This document shows positions 1 to 11,087 of a stretch of 34,048 nucleotides of DNA, piece by piece. The stretch's first letter is position 1. Every line of letters starts with the position of its first letter. Below the pieces are notes generated by a model. It saw only the letters and a list, made by a program, of their open reading frames with translations, ran no database searches and had not been told where the DNA came from. The stretch comes from Octopus bimaculoides (lineage: Eukaryota). The stretch is from assembly GCF_001194135.2 (NCBI RefSeq), contig NC_068986.1, forward strand, positions 10,492,606 to 10,526,653, written 5' to 3'. Position numbers and translations under genes: made by a program.

Positions 1-81
1 GGGCAAGTGTCTTCTGAAATAGTTTCGGGCCGACCAAAACCTTAGAAGTGGATTTGATAGACGAAAACTGAAAGAAGCCCA

Positions 82-119
<38 letters not shown>

Positions 120-300
120 TTTTGGATTTGTCATTCACTAACGCTTGATAATTCGTGTTAGTTAGTTTACGTTCCCGTAACTTAGCGGTTCGGCAATACA
201 AAATCGGCAACATATGTAACAGAGTAAAAAAAGAAGTACTAAGGCTAATTTGTTCGACTGAAACTCTTTAAGGAGGTGCTCGATCATGTGTAACAAGATA
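1..300 (+). mobile_element. SINE family B copy, 5' end cut by window edge
   Basis: GGGCAAGTGTCTTC...GAAACTGAAAGAAGCCC, then (TG)n, then CCCGTAACTTAGCGGTTCGGC; collinear with the full copy at 27750-28192. Confidence 0.85.
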
Positions 301-571
301 TGTCGAGATTTCTGATAATCATACAAGGGACATAATTTTCGAAATGTTGTTGAAGATTTACCTCCCATCTAATATACTTGCGACTGTGAACGACAAAGCG
401 TTAGGATCAACATGAAATACTTTGGCGGTATTTGTTACCGCTCCTTTAGTTCCGAGTTCAAATTCTAGCTTTTGCCTCCCAAGGAAAATACGTGTATGTA
501 ATTATTTTAATAAGGGTAACAATTGTATATTGGTATCTTTTCGTTTTTGCCATCTTTTATATTTTGATATA

Positions 572-1441
572 CAGGGTGCCATGGGTAAATTGTCGCCATT
601 TTATATTTGTTTCAATTTCGTGCATGTGTATGGTTGTTTTTAATTTTGTCGACTACACAGTCTCGTAGGGTCGGTTGGGTACCGTCTGTGAGAAAAACAG
701 CACTATGACGCTATTTACACTGCCAGAAATTTGGAAATGACATGCTGTATTGCTTGGCATTCACTCCAATACGAATATTTCAGAGTCTTTGAGTGTCAGT
801 CTGAGGACAGTGCAATCTGAGGACATGTACCGAGAGGGATAAAAATCAAACATCCAGTCAACATCATGGTGTTTGGAGTGAACACTAGAGATGGCGACGC
901 TATGCCTCCATTCATCTTCTCACGCGGCTTCAGACTCAACACAAAGACCTACAGCAAGTGCCTGAAGGAGGTAGTGCTGCCTTGGGTCAAGAGGGTGGCT
1001 GCTGGATGACCCTATGTCTGGCAACAGGACTCTGCACCATGCCACATAAGCAGGAGAACCCAGTCATTGCCGTCAAACAATTTCTGCAACTACACCACGC
1101 CTAACATCTGGCCATCTAACTTCCCAGAATGCAACCCCCTTTGTTATTATGTGTGGGACGCAGTTGAGCGTGAGACCAACAAAACTCCTTGTAACACCAA
1201 AGATGAACTGACGGCAAGGATTATGGCAGCATTCACCAACTTAAACAAGGAGACCGTCCAGAAGAGTTGCAGGAGATTCCGAAGTTGTCTGGAGTCTGTG
1301 GTTAAAACCAATGGCCATTTTATTGAATAAATTTACTCTTTAGTATTTCATGATATTTTTATGCAATTTTGGTAAATATATCTGTTAGAATAACAGATAT
1401 CTCATCTAAATTTTAGACGACAGTTTATTCATTGTTCCTTG
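572..1441 (+). mobile_element. Internally deleted Tc1/mariner element, maT (DD37D)-like
   Basis: Degenerate 26-bp TIRs (CAGGGTGCCATGGGTAAATTGTCGCC vs reverse complement of 1416-1441, 18/26 match), TA on both sides; transposase remnant VMVFG-like NIMVFG...PYVWQQDSAPCH...WPSNFPECNPL(C)YYVW with exactly 37 residues between QQD (1028) and the third catalytic position (1142, mutated to C). Confidence 0.85.
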
Positions 1442-1494
1442 TATTTTCACTCGAAGATGACAATCTGACAGACTTGTAAGCATGTCTGTCTTTA

Positions 1495-1615
1495 TGTCCT
1501 GAGTTCAAATTCCGCCGAGGCTGATTTTGCCTTTCATCCTTTCGGGGTTAATTAAAATAAGTACCATTTGAACACGGGACTTACCCCTCCTCCGAAATTG
1601 CTGGCCTTGTGGCAA
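1495..1615 (+). mobile_element. SINE family A fragment
   Basis: CTGAGTTCAAATTCCGCCGAGG...TTTGCCTTTCATCCTTTCGGGG shared with the other A copies. Confidence 0.75.
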
Positions 1616-1694
1616 AAAAAATGAAACCAATATATTTTCGCTCTAAACAAATTGATATATTTTTAAAGTCTGCGTTGCTAAGAAACTTGCTTTA

Positions 1695-1835
1695 CATCCT
1701 CGAAATTTAGCGGTTCGGTAAAATAAATGGAATAAATAGCAGACAAAAAAATGTACTGGGGTTGATTTGTTCAGCCAAAATACTTCAAGGCGATGGCCGC
1801 AATGCAATGACTGAAACAAGCAAAGACAAATAACA
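1695..1835 (+). mobile_element. SINE family B 3' fragment
   Basis: TTAGCGGTTCGG...GTACTGGGGTTGATTTGTTC...ATGACTGAAACAAG matches the B tail. Confidence 0.65.
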
Positions 1836-1960
1836 AAAGTTCTAATGGTGTTGGCCATGGATGGAACGCAAACTGGAATGAGCAGAGAAAATGAAATTGC
1901 ATCTAACGTGTGCACTACATGTGCAACTTTTAGCACATGTACAGTGAACCAGTACCAATA

Positions 1961-2190
1961 TTTATTTCTTTATTGCCCACAGGGGGCAAAACAGAGGGGA
2001 CAAACAAGGACAGACAAAGGGATTAAGTCGATTACATCGACTCCAGTGCGTAAATGGTACTTATTTAATCGACCCCGGAAGGATGAAAAGCAAAGTCGAC
2101 CTCGGCGGAATTTGAACTCAGAACGTAATGGCAGACGAAATACCGCTGAGCATTTCGCCCGGTGTGCTAACGTTTCTGCCAGCTTGCCGT
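1961..2190 (-). mobile_element. SINE family A, near full length
   Basis: Minus strand: tRNA-like head with B-box-like GAGTTCAAATTCC, conserved body, tail ending GAAATAAA. Confidence 0.9.
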
Positions 2191-2221
2191 AGCAACATTA
2201 AAAAAAAAAAAATTTTTTTTA

Positions 2222-2455
2222 AACTGGCACTCCGTCGATAGTGACGACGAGGGCTCCAGGTGATCCGATCAACGGAACAGCCTACTCGTGAAATTAGCGT
2301 ACAAGTGGCTGAGTACTCCAGACATGCGTAACCCTTAACGTAATTCTCAGGGAGATTCAGTTGAGTGGATTGAAGCATATACCTCTCAGAGGGAGATTTA
2401 GCTCCTATTTCTAGTAAGGCACTCAACCTGCTAGAAATGACAACTAAATCTCCCT
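2222..2455 (-). mobile_element. SINE family C 3' part
   Basis: Collinear with 23925-24225 and with the reverse complement of 28225-28525. Confidence 0.7.
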
Positions 2456-2838
2456 CAAAAGCGGAGAATCGGCAGTCGTCAGTGCATCAGACAAAATGTG
2501 TCAGAGCATTTATCCTGATTCCATAAATTCTGAGTTCGAATCTTGCTGAAGTTAATTTTGTTTTTCGTCTTTTCGGGGCCGATGAAAAAGTATCATTCCA
2601 AGGGCGATGGATTAGCGGAACTGTAAGAACCGGATATGTTGCAGTATTTGTTCCGGCTCATTAGATTCTGAGTTCAAATCTCACCCGGATTTTTTTGAGT
2701 GACACATGCCACGTTGATCGGTTTAATACCCATCCTTGGCACCCTGGGTGCCACTCGAGGAGTTCATTCTATTGAAAACACTCGGGACAGGTTTCCGGTT
2801 TGAGAATATCTTCTTCCCTGCTTCCCAGCCTCTCTCTT

Positions 2839-2878
<40 letters not shown>

Positions 2879-2943
2879 TCTTCCACCAAGTCTTAGGCGT
2901 CCTTTCACCGATTATACGCACATCCGACTCTCCTAGATAGATT

Positions 2944-2980
<37 letters not shown>

Positions 2981-3472
2981 NNNNNNNNNNNNNNNNNNNN
3001 NNNNNNNNNNNNNNNNNNNNNNNNNNNNNNNNNNNNNNNNNNNNNNNNNNNNNNNNNNNNNNNNNNNNNNNNNNNNNNNNNNNNNNNNNNNNNNNNNNNN
3101 NNNNNNNNNNNNNNNNNNNNNNNNNNNNNNNNNNNNNNNNNNNNNNNNNNNNNNNNNNNNNNNNNNNNNNNNNNNNNNNNNNNNNNNNNNNNNNNNNNNN
3201 NNNNNNNNNNNNNNNNNNNNNNNNNNNNNNNNNNNNNNNNNNNNNNNNNNNNNNNNNNNNNNNNNNNNNNNNNNNNNNNNNNNNNNNNNNNNNNNNNNNN
3301 NNNNNNNNNNNNNNNNNNNNNNNNNNNNNNNNNNNNNNNNNNNNNNNNNNNNNNNNNNNNNNNNNNNNNNNNNNNNNNNNNNNNNNNNNNNNNNNNNNNN
3401 NNNNNNNNNNNNNNNNNNNNNNNNNNNNNNNNNNNNNNNNNNNNNNNNNNNNNNNNNNNNNNNNNNNNNNNN
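2981..3472. other. Assembly gap (N run); other gaps at 8521-8712, 10775-10819, 11697-11753, 17368-17377, 23147-23557
   Basis: Runs of n, most bordered by microsatellites. Confidence 1.
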
Positions 3473-3493
3473 GTGGGTTATACATCTTTAGAT

Positions 3494-3810
3494 TGTACAC
3501 CTGACTTCCTACTATAAAATTAAGAATATAACGGAACGCTGAACTCCAGACTATGAACTTAAACAACACTTTATTTAGGTGGTAAACATACAAATCTTTA
3601 GTTCTTGTTGTTACAGCTTCTGTGTGTATGAGCATAGTTGTTGGGACGTTGTTCTGTAGTTGTGAGCGAGCTGTCGAGTGTAAGTCCGAAAGATGGAGAG
3701 TGACAGCTTAAAATACGTCCATGCTCAATCGCTGGCCAGCGAGAAAGAGAATGAATCAAGCGGGAAACGCTTGCTTGTTTAATTCCACGCATGCGCACGG
3801 CGTTACTACA
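3494..3810 (-). mobile_element. Possible solo LTR
   Basis: Minus strand begins TGTAGTAAC, ends GGTGTACA, with AATAAA at 3570-3575; no TSD found. Confidence 0.3.
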
Positions 3811-3844
3811 ATGTCATGCAAAAATCACATTACAGTAAGTGACT

Positions 3845-4532
3845 CTCTTTTTTCCTTTCTTTTTCTGGTTCATAGGATTATGCTCAAGGTGGCTCCGTCA
3901 TTCACACGTGCCATCCTCGCTACATTCACCCGTCTTTTTTTTTTTAAACATTCACTAGACAAAGCTTCCCTCTCTACTCTCACCTTCCTCTTCAAGCAAT
4001 ACTTGAAGAAGTTGGTGAGAGATTCACCAGAGAGGAAAGTGTTTATCTCTAGACCTTTCAGACTTGTCCACCATACACATTCTTTCGCCATAGCCACAAG
4101 TACGATGAAAATGGCTCTTCCTTCCCGTTTCAAGGAAGGAGGCGCGACAATATTCACGATAGACTCGGTTGATAGACCGACTCGTCCCACACGCGATAGC
4201 AGTCGTTCGACATAGACCCACAGGTCGGAAATGGTTGGACATTGTACGAGTGCAAGCAGAACGGTTTCATCGCTCTGACCGCATCTCGGGCAGGTCGGCC
4301 CCGTGTTTCTCGAGCCATGCCTGTAGAGCTTATCCCGAACGGGTACCGCTTCTCAATAGCACTGCCAGGCCAGGGATCTCTGGAATTTGTCCATAAGTCC
4401 CGGCTCGAACGTCGTCTTGAACAGGCGAGTCAGGTATTCCTCGTCGACGCCCAGGTTCGCCCCGAGATTCTCGTACCTCCCCTCCACTAATCCCCCATAA
4501 AATGCTTTGGTTGTGTTGCAGTCGTTGAAGGT
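3845..4532 (-). mobile_element. Tx1/L1-clade LINE, 5'-truncated ORF2 C-terminus (copy 1)
   Basis: Translates ...FQRSLAWQCY*EAVPVRDKLYRHG...TCPRCGQSDETVLLALVQCP...GRVGLSTESI...: zinc-knuckle region of L1/Tx1 ORF2, one premature stop, homologous to copy 2. Confidence 0.85.
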
Positions 4533-4548
4533 AGACAGACAGACAGAC

Positions 4549-4596
<48 letters not shown>

Positions 4597-4830
4597 GTGT
4601 ATACACACAGACACTCTCACACTCACACAAACACACACTCACATCGTACGCTCACACACATGCACACACTCAAACACACACACGCACTCTCACACTCACA
4701 CGCACACACTTACACACGGGCACTCTCTCTGTCTCGCACACACACACACACATACACACTCACGCACACACTTCCATATTTCTATACGTTCCTGAATACA
4801 TATCACTCATTCACATGCGCACGTGCGCCA
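4533..4830. repeat. Compound microsatellite (GACA)n(GATA)n then (CA)n-rich mosaic
   Basis: Directly visible. Confidence 0.95.
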
Positions 4831-5019
4831 ATATTACATAACTTTAGCTGGAGAGGATTAACTCAGCTAAATCTTTAATCTTTGAATAATTGGGGAGCCG
4901 AGTCCATTAATCTGCATCTGTGATTATCAATAATTATATCAATAACGTTTCAACAATTAGCTATCCTTTTATATTTTCTTCTTATTCCATTTCATTGAAT
5001 TAATATTTTGTATCTTAAG

Positions 5020-5197
5020 GCGGGGGTGAGCTGGCAGAATTGTTAGCACGCCGGATGAAATGCTTCGCGGTATTTTGTCTGCCGCTACGTTCTCAGTTCA
5101 AATTCCGCCAAGATCGATTTTGCCTTTCATCCTTTCCGGATCGATAAATTATGCACCAGTTGAGTACAGGGGTCTATCTAATCGACTGGTCCACCTT
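5020..5197 (+). mobile_element. SINE family A
   Basis: GGCGGGGTGAGCTGGCAGAATTGTTAGCACG head and conserved body. Confidence 0.85.
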
Positions 5198-5499
5198 TTT
5201 GTCTAACAAATCAACCCCAGGACTTATTCTTTGTAAGCCTTGTACTTATTCTATCGATCTCTTTGCCGAACCACTAAGTTACGGGGACGTAAACACACCA
5301 GCATCGGTTGTCAAGCGATGGTGAAGGAACAAATACAGAAACATATACGTAAATAAATATATACGACAGGCTTCTTTCAGTTTCCAGCTACCAAATCCAC
5401 TTACAAGGCTTTGGTCAGCATGAGGCTATAGTAGAAAACACTTGCCCAAGGTGCTACGCAGTGGGACTAAATCCGGAACCATGTGGTTGGTAAGCAAGC
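5198..5499 (-). mobile_element. SINE family B lacking its first ~25 nt, abutting the Tx1 3' end
   Basis: Minus strand starts GCTTGCTTACCAACCACATGGTTCC; remainder collinear with 27750-28192. Confidence 0.9.
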
Positions 5500-7412
5500 T
5501 TTTTTATTTCACAATATTTGCCGTGAGGCAGTACATAGATGGGACGAACAAGGACAGACAAAACACAAAAAGGTGAAGTGGTTGCTTAATAATTAAAAAT
5601 TACAGTTGGAATGAAAATTTACAATGACCAACAGTTAAAAATATAATAAAATATCTTTGTTATTGCGATTTGCAATAATGACGTCAAAAGGGAAGGCCTG
5701 CGGCCACCTGAATAGAACCTTTGCTTTCTTCCACCGACTCCACTTACCTGGTGCCAATCACTCTCAGCTTGCGTTCCACAGGCTTCCATCTCTTCACGAA
5801 CGTGTTCAGTGACAGGCACCTCTTTTCCAGCCTGATCTTACTCATGAGGTGGTAACTAAAAATGTTCACCAACCCCTGGCCGGAGACAAAGGTACCTGTC
5901 ACTGTTCCTCTTACTCGCGTCTTCCATACTGTTTCTTTCAGTATGGCTACTACGCAGAAAAAACAAGCCTTCCTTTCCCTGTTAAGGGAGAGAGGCGGCA
6001 CAATCTCGATGATAGACTCAGTCGATAGCTGTACTCTTCCCATCGATGACAACAGTTGTTCTGTGAAAACTATCAGTCCCGTTAATTCCGGGCATTCCAC
6101 AAATGCGTGCAAAACGGTTTCCCTGTCCTGCCTGTACCTCGGACATGTCGGCGAGACGGCACTTCCGTGTCTTGACAGTTTATCTCAAACAGGTAACGCC
6201 GCACGAAAGCACTGCCAAGCCAGGGATTTCCGTAATTATCCAGATACCCCGGCCTGAACGTTCTCCTGAACAGATTGATCAACTGATTTTCATCGTAGCC
6301 CAGGGTCTCCCCCCAAGGCGTCTTCGGACATAAATTCCACTAACCAGCTATAAAAATCTGCGGTGGAACTCCTGTTGCCGACATTGCCCGCCCGAGAGAG
6401 TAGCTGAAGTGCCTAACGGTACTCCAATTGCCAATCCCCCAGACTAGGTCTCTGCTTGATCCATGTACCAATGTCCGTTAAGGACGTTAACCGCGGAAGG
6501 TAGAACCGGACATGCGGTGGCCACACCTGCTCCCCATCCAGATAAAGCCAGAGGTGGCTCAACCTTAACGCGAGTTTTCATATTTTCAGCCAAGGCATCC
6601 TTAGCCCACCCTTTAGCGGTTTCTAGCAGCAAACAGAGCGCTTCACAAGAGGCTTTCCTCCCTTCCACAAAAAGGTGTAAAGGATTCTCTCCAACTTGTT
6701 CAGTCACAAATTTGGGCAAGGCACGACGGTCAGACGGTAGGTGATAACTGATGCTATAAACATCTGCACCACCTCCGCCTTCCCTAGCAAAGATAACGCC
6801 CGCCCAGACCAGGTTTGGGTTAGAGAAGTCACCTTACTGGTTACCTCCCTCCAATTTTTTTCTATCTGGAGGTCTGGGCCAAACCAGACCTCAAGCAGCT
6901 TAACAGGACTTTCCATCTAACGCCCCACGACGTTATTGGATGTCATCGGCTCGCCCCTTCAGGTGCCGAGTTACAAATCGACCGACTTGTCCTTGTTAAC
7001 CTTTGCTCCTGCCACCGCCTCGTAACTTTTTATGGCCTCTTCCACCACTGGAAGCTGGCCCTCATCCGCCTCGATTATGGAGATGTCATCCGCATACGGA
7101 AGGCGGAGGTGGTGCAGATGTTTATAGCATCAGTTATCACCTACCGTCTGACCGTCGTGCCTTGCCCAAATTTGTGACTGAACAAGTTGGAGAGAATCCT
7201 TTACACCCCTGACGGCACTGAACGTTCGATCCTGAATGGTTTCGAAAAGAAACCGTTCACTTTGACGACAGACTCGATGTCGCTGTACAAAGCAGCAATC
7301 CAACCGCGGAAGGTCGGGCCCAGGCCAGCCTTCTCGAGGACCGCCGCCAAGTACCGATGGTTGACCCTATCAAATGCTTTAGACTGGTCTAAATGTACCA
7401 GTGCCCCCTCCT
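5500..7412 (-). mobile_element. Tx1/L1-clade LINE, 5'-truncated and degenerate (copy 2): RT, zinc knuckle, 3' UTR
   Basis: RT motifs LDQSKAFDRV, frameshifted RQGC, YADD (7085-7096); C-terminal TCPR(Y)...ETVLHAFVECP; 3' UTR ending GAAATAAAAAA. Confidence 0.9.
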
Positions 7413-7418
7413 GCGCCA

Positions 7419-7620
7419 GAAAAAGAACTTGTGAGTAATGTGTTGCTGTGGACACCAAATCATGGTACTACAGCAGCTGGAAGACCATAGAGGATGTATA
7501 TACAACAGCTTGTAGAAGACGTTGGATGCCAAGCTGAAGACTTAAAAACACTAACTGAAGATCAGGAAAGGTAGAGAAGAGTAGTCAGTCTGGCCCGGGC
7601 AATCAGCCTGACTGGATGAT
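7419..7620 (+). mobile_element. RTE-clade LINE 3' fragment
   Basis: In-frame EKELVSNVLLWTPNHGTTAAGRP*RMYIQQLVEDVGCQAEDLKTLTEDQER*RRVV..., the typical RTE C-terminal pattern (LLW-P-HG, GRP, ED...WR), ending GATGAT. Confidence 0.75.
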
Positions 7621-8311
7621 ACCTCGTTTTAAAAAGAGCCATGGACATTATAGGAGAGCTGCTACTTAAGAAAACATATCAATGACAAAAATTATCAATA
7701 AGAAATTACTTTTAAAGTTAATTATCATTCATGACTAGAGTTGAGTGCTATAGCTTATCTGGAGGGCGTGAGTTCAGTCCCTGTGTCAAAGTATTTATAT
7801 TCTAGTACAAGCGGAATGAGCAAGTGGTATGATAATTAAGAAAATAATTAATACAGAGAAACTGATAGCAATTGCTATTTAAATCAGTTACAAACAAAAT
7901 ACTAGCTGAAATGACTTAGCAAATTTGCATTTCGTGCATTAATTGGTGGCATGATTAAATATTTATCGCAAGCTGCGTCTATGAGAAAATCTAACATAAA
8001 CTTAATGCTCTTCGCATTCAGTTTACAATATCTACGCTTTGGGAAGTAAACAAATCCACGCGAATAGGAAAGCCTTCTTTTTTCTCTCGATGGCTTATCT
8101 GCCCCTTTATTAGACTATTTTCCTTAGTCATTGCACGGTGATCCCCATAAGCTTTAAGCTTATATAAAAATCCCATTATTATTATCTACATGATTGTAAA
8201 TCACGGCGCCGTAATAAAAGACCATTCACACCGAAAGCATATATATATATATATATATATAAGGTTTTTAAACTTTTAAATTTTCATATTCAAAAGAGAC
8301 AGAGACTTCAA

Positions 8312-8520
8312 ATTCGATATATCGATTTATTCACCACTCTATGTTAACATTTCTGTGCCAAACTTATCCAGTGACTGGTCTATTGGATTTAGACATTTGG
8401 CACTTCTTCAGGAGTGGTTACCATTCGAACAAAACACGAAAAAACACAATAGACCAGTCACTGGATAAGTTTGGCACAGAAATGTTAACATAGAGTGGTG
8501 AATAAATCGATATATCGAAT
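8312..8520. repeat. Perfect 74-bp inverted repeat (8312-8385 / 8447-8520) running into a gap
   Basis: Arms are exact reverse complements, 61-bp spacer. Confidence 0.9.
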
Positions 8521-8719
8521 NNNNNNNNNNNNNNNNNNNNNNNNNNNNNNNNNNNNNNNNNNNNNNNNNNNNNNNNNNNNNNNNNNNNNNNNNNNNNNNN
8601 NNNNNNNNNNNNNNNNNNNNNNNNNNNNNNNNNNNNNNNNNNNNNNNNNNNNNNNNNNNNNNNNNNNNNNNNNNNNNNNNNNNNNNNNNNNNNNNNNNNN
8701 NNNNNNNNNNNNATACACA

Positions 8720-8840
8720 CAAAGTTTTAAATTTAAATTTAAGAGAGATTTGACGCTAATATCCATTACAATAATATAAATTACAATAATAATGGATATT
8801 AGCGTCAAATCTCTCTGTTAAATTTAAATTTAAAACTTTG
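8720..8840. repeat. ~50-bp inverted repeat with a 2-bp indel
   Basis: 8720-8768 vs 8790-8840. Confidence 0.85.
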
Positions 8841-10244
8841 GATATATAAACAAGGAGAACGATCCCTAAGGAGTCTAATTTAGACATTTTGCGGTGAAAT
8901 CTCCTGCTATATTGGTAACGATTACATAGTTTTCTATGAAAAATTATATATATATATATATATATATAAACTCACTGCAAAAATCTTAAAATTCCTAGTC
9001 ATAGGTAACCATATTTAGCGCCAAAGAATAAAATTATAAAAATATACGAGGATGGTGTCGAAAATAATGCCAAAGCAAGCACAACTGGGGAGTGGGGTTG
9101 TTTTGTTTTGTTTTGTTTTTGTTAACTGGCTCTGGCTACGTTGCTTCAGTCTGCAGCGCTGAAAATGAGTACCAACTAATAACTGGTAAAGCTCTTGCTC
9201 GCTCCAGTTGTAACATCCTCGATATTCCGCTAGGTCAATATGAAGACGGCCGAGAGGGTGTGTACGTCTTTTCGCGACTACAAAGGCACCTAAAACGATC
9301 AAGAAAGTTACCAGGTTTACTCGCTTGCGAGTGACGATTAAGCATTTCACATATGCACGCGCGCACACACACAAATCAGCAGAGAAACACACGACCATAC
9401 ACATATACACAAGAACACACACTTACAAAAACGCACACACAGAGAAACACACACATATACACACACGAACACGAACACACAAACACACACATATACATAC
9501 AGAAACACGCACACTACACACACAAAGCCGCATATACAAACATGCACCAGCATGTGTGTATGTGTATAGAGAAAGAGAGAGCGGGGGGGGGAGAAAGATG
9601 AGAAAGGGTGAGTGAATGTGAGAGAGAGGAGAATAGAGCGATCTAAGTAAATAATTAGGATTAAGAAAGCTAATAATCCTCCAAGTTAAGCAGTAACAAT
9701 GAGTGTCATCTCTGTAGTCTTCTTCGTGAGTTGTCCATGATTTAAACACAAGGTAGAGTTAGTTATATTTGTTTCACGATGTAATTGGACAGAGGCGCCA
9801 TTTTAGTTTTGTCTTTGCTCTATTGTCTGCCGAGGTTAATGAACGACTTCAAAGAAGAATTACGAGATAAGAAAAGCAACCAACTGGATTATTATTTACA
9901 TTCGATAAGAGGAAGGAATTCCTTACTTTGTTATTTATTCTTCGCCATTTGTCTGTGTTTTAAGGTGGTTTAGGGCTTATTTCATAAAAAGGTAAGTCTT
10001 GAAAATAGCTATTATTATGGTGGTTGTAATTTTTGTAAAAATCAATGTTTTATGTCAAAATTACGTAATGGTATATTCTTATGTGAGCAGAGAGCATTAT
10101 TTATATACTCTTTCATGCTTTTATATGTATGTGAGTGTATGTATTAGTGTATGTATATATTCCTGTGTATGAATGTTTGAAATATGTATGTAGGTATATC
10201 CATGTGTTTGAATGCAAATATGCGCTCCTTCCTGTTTTTTTAAT

Positions 10245-10730
10245 TTAAAATAAATTTTGACCGGCCACCTGCTTGGTAGCAGGGTTGTGAAGGAAAGCCT
10301 CTTGTTTTGTTCCTCGTTCTTTAAATCTTAAGAAGGCCTTGTAGATCTGTATTGTTCCAGATATCATGATCATTTGTTGTACATGAAATAATGATTTGCG
10401 TTCTCTCCCTAAGACCCCCAAGTTCAGGCGGCTTAGTATGTAAGCTGCTGCAATAAAACTAGGTATGAAGCTAAAAGTGTATGTTGGATGCCGGATTAGC
10501 AAACCCCCTGTCAATAGTCCCTAAATGTCCTGTTTCTTCTAACCACATTGCTGTCCAGAGGGCAGCTAATTTCCACAACAGAACACAACTTTTCCTCGTG
10601 ATCTTACACAAAAAATGTCTGGCCTGTTGTTTTAATTTCGTGGCTGTTTCAATTTTTAAGTCTCATCAGTATTCTTTTAACGCATCGGTCTCAATATGAC
10701 CAACATCGTGTGTAGCTGTTTTCTTTATGT
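10245..10730 (-). mobile_element. R4/Dong-like non-LTR element, restriction-like endonuclease C-terminus, frameshifted
   Basis: Minus strand DLKIETATKLK..., HEEKLCSVVEISCPLDSNVV (10544-10579), HPTYTFSFIP..., MISGTIQIYKAFLRF: the PD-(D/E)xK RLE tail pattern of R2/R4/NeSL-type elements; clade assignment is inference. Confidence 0.7.
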
Positions 10731-10819
10731 ATGAATGAATGTATGTATGTATGTATATATATATATATATATATNNNNNNNNNNNNNNNNNNNNNNNNNN
10801 NNNNNNNNNNNNNNNNNNN

Positions 10820-10862
<43 letters not shown>

Positions 10863-10899
10863 TGTATGTATTTATGTAGGTATATATGTATATACGTTC

Positions 10900-11058
10900 C
10901 AGGGGCGGACTGAGAGTATTAAGGGCCCTCGGGCATAACTGTTTACCAGGCCCCTATGAATATGTGTTTTTTAGTAGAGTTAACAAGTAGAGTGCGGGCC
11001 CCTCAGAGCTTCGGGTCCTCAGGCAGTGCCCGATTGACCGACGGTTCATTCTGCCCTG
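10900..11058 (+). mobile_element. Non-autonomous hAT-type MITE
   Basis: Ends CAGGGGCGGACTGA / TCATTCTGCCCTG; 8-bp TSD ATACGTTC (10892-10899) vs ATACGTAC (11059-11066), 7/8 match. Confidence 0.8.
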
Positions 11059-11087
11059 ATACGTACGTATGTATGTATGTGCTTCTT

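Noticed and set aside
2769-3635. ORFs spanning N runs (also 8408-8808 and 23081-23716)
   Set aside because: Length comes from X codons in assembly gaps
4935-5000. Minus-strand GAAACGTT with upstream ATGAAAT
   Set aside because: Registers for core and helices are inconsistent
9092-9334. ORF resembling a signal peptide plus domain, and the antisense ORF with LGRLHIDLAEY
   Set aside because: The hydrophobic part is a (GTTTT)n repeat and 9140-9175 matches the SINE-C central block; no convincing donor site
9965-9991. 27-nt plus-strand micro-exon (TAAG| ... AAG|GTAAGT); a similar 30-nt case at 22858-22887
   Set aside because: Only splice-site appearance, no compatible neighbouring exon or recognisable peptide
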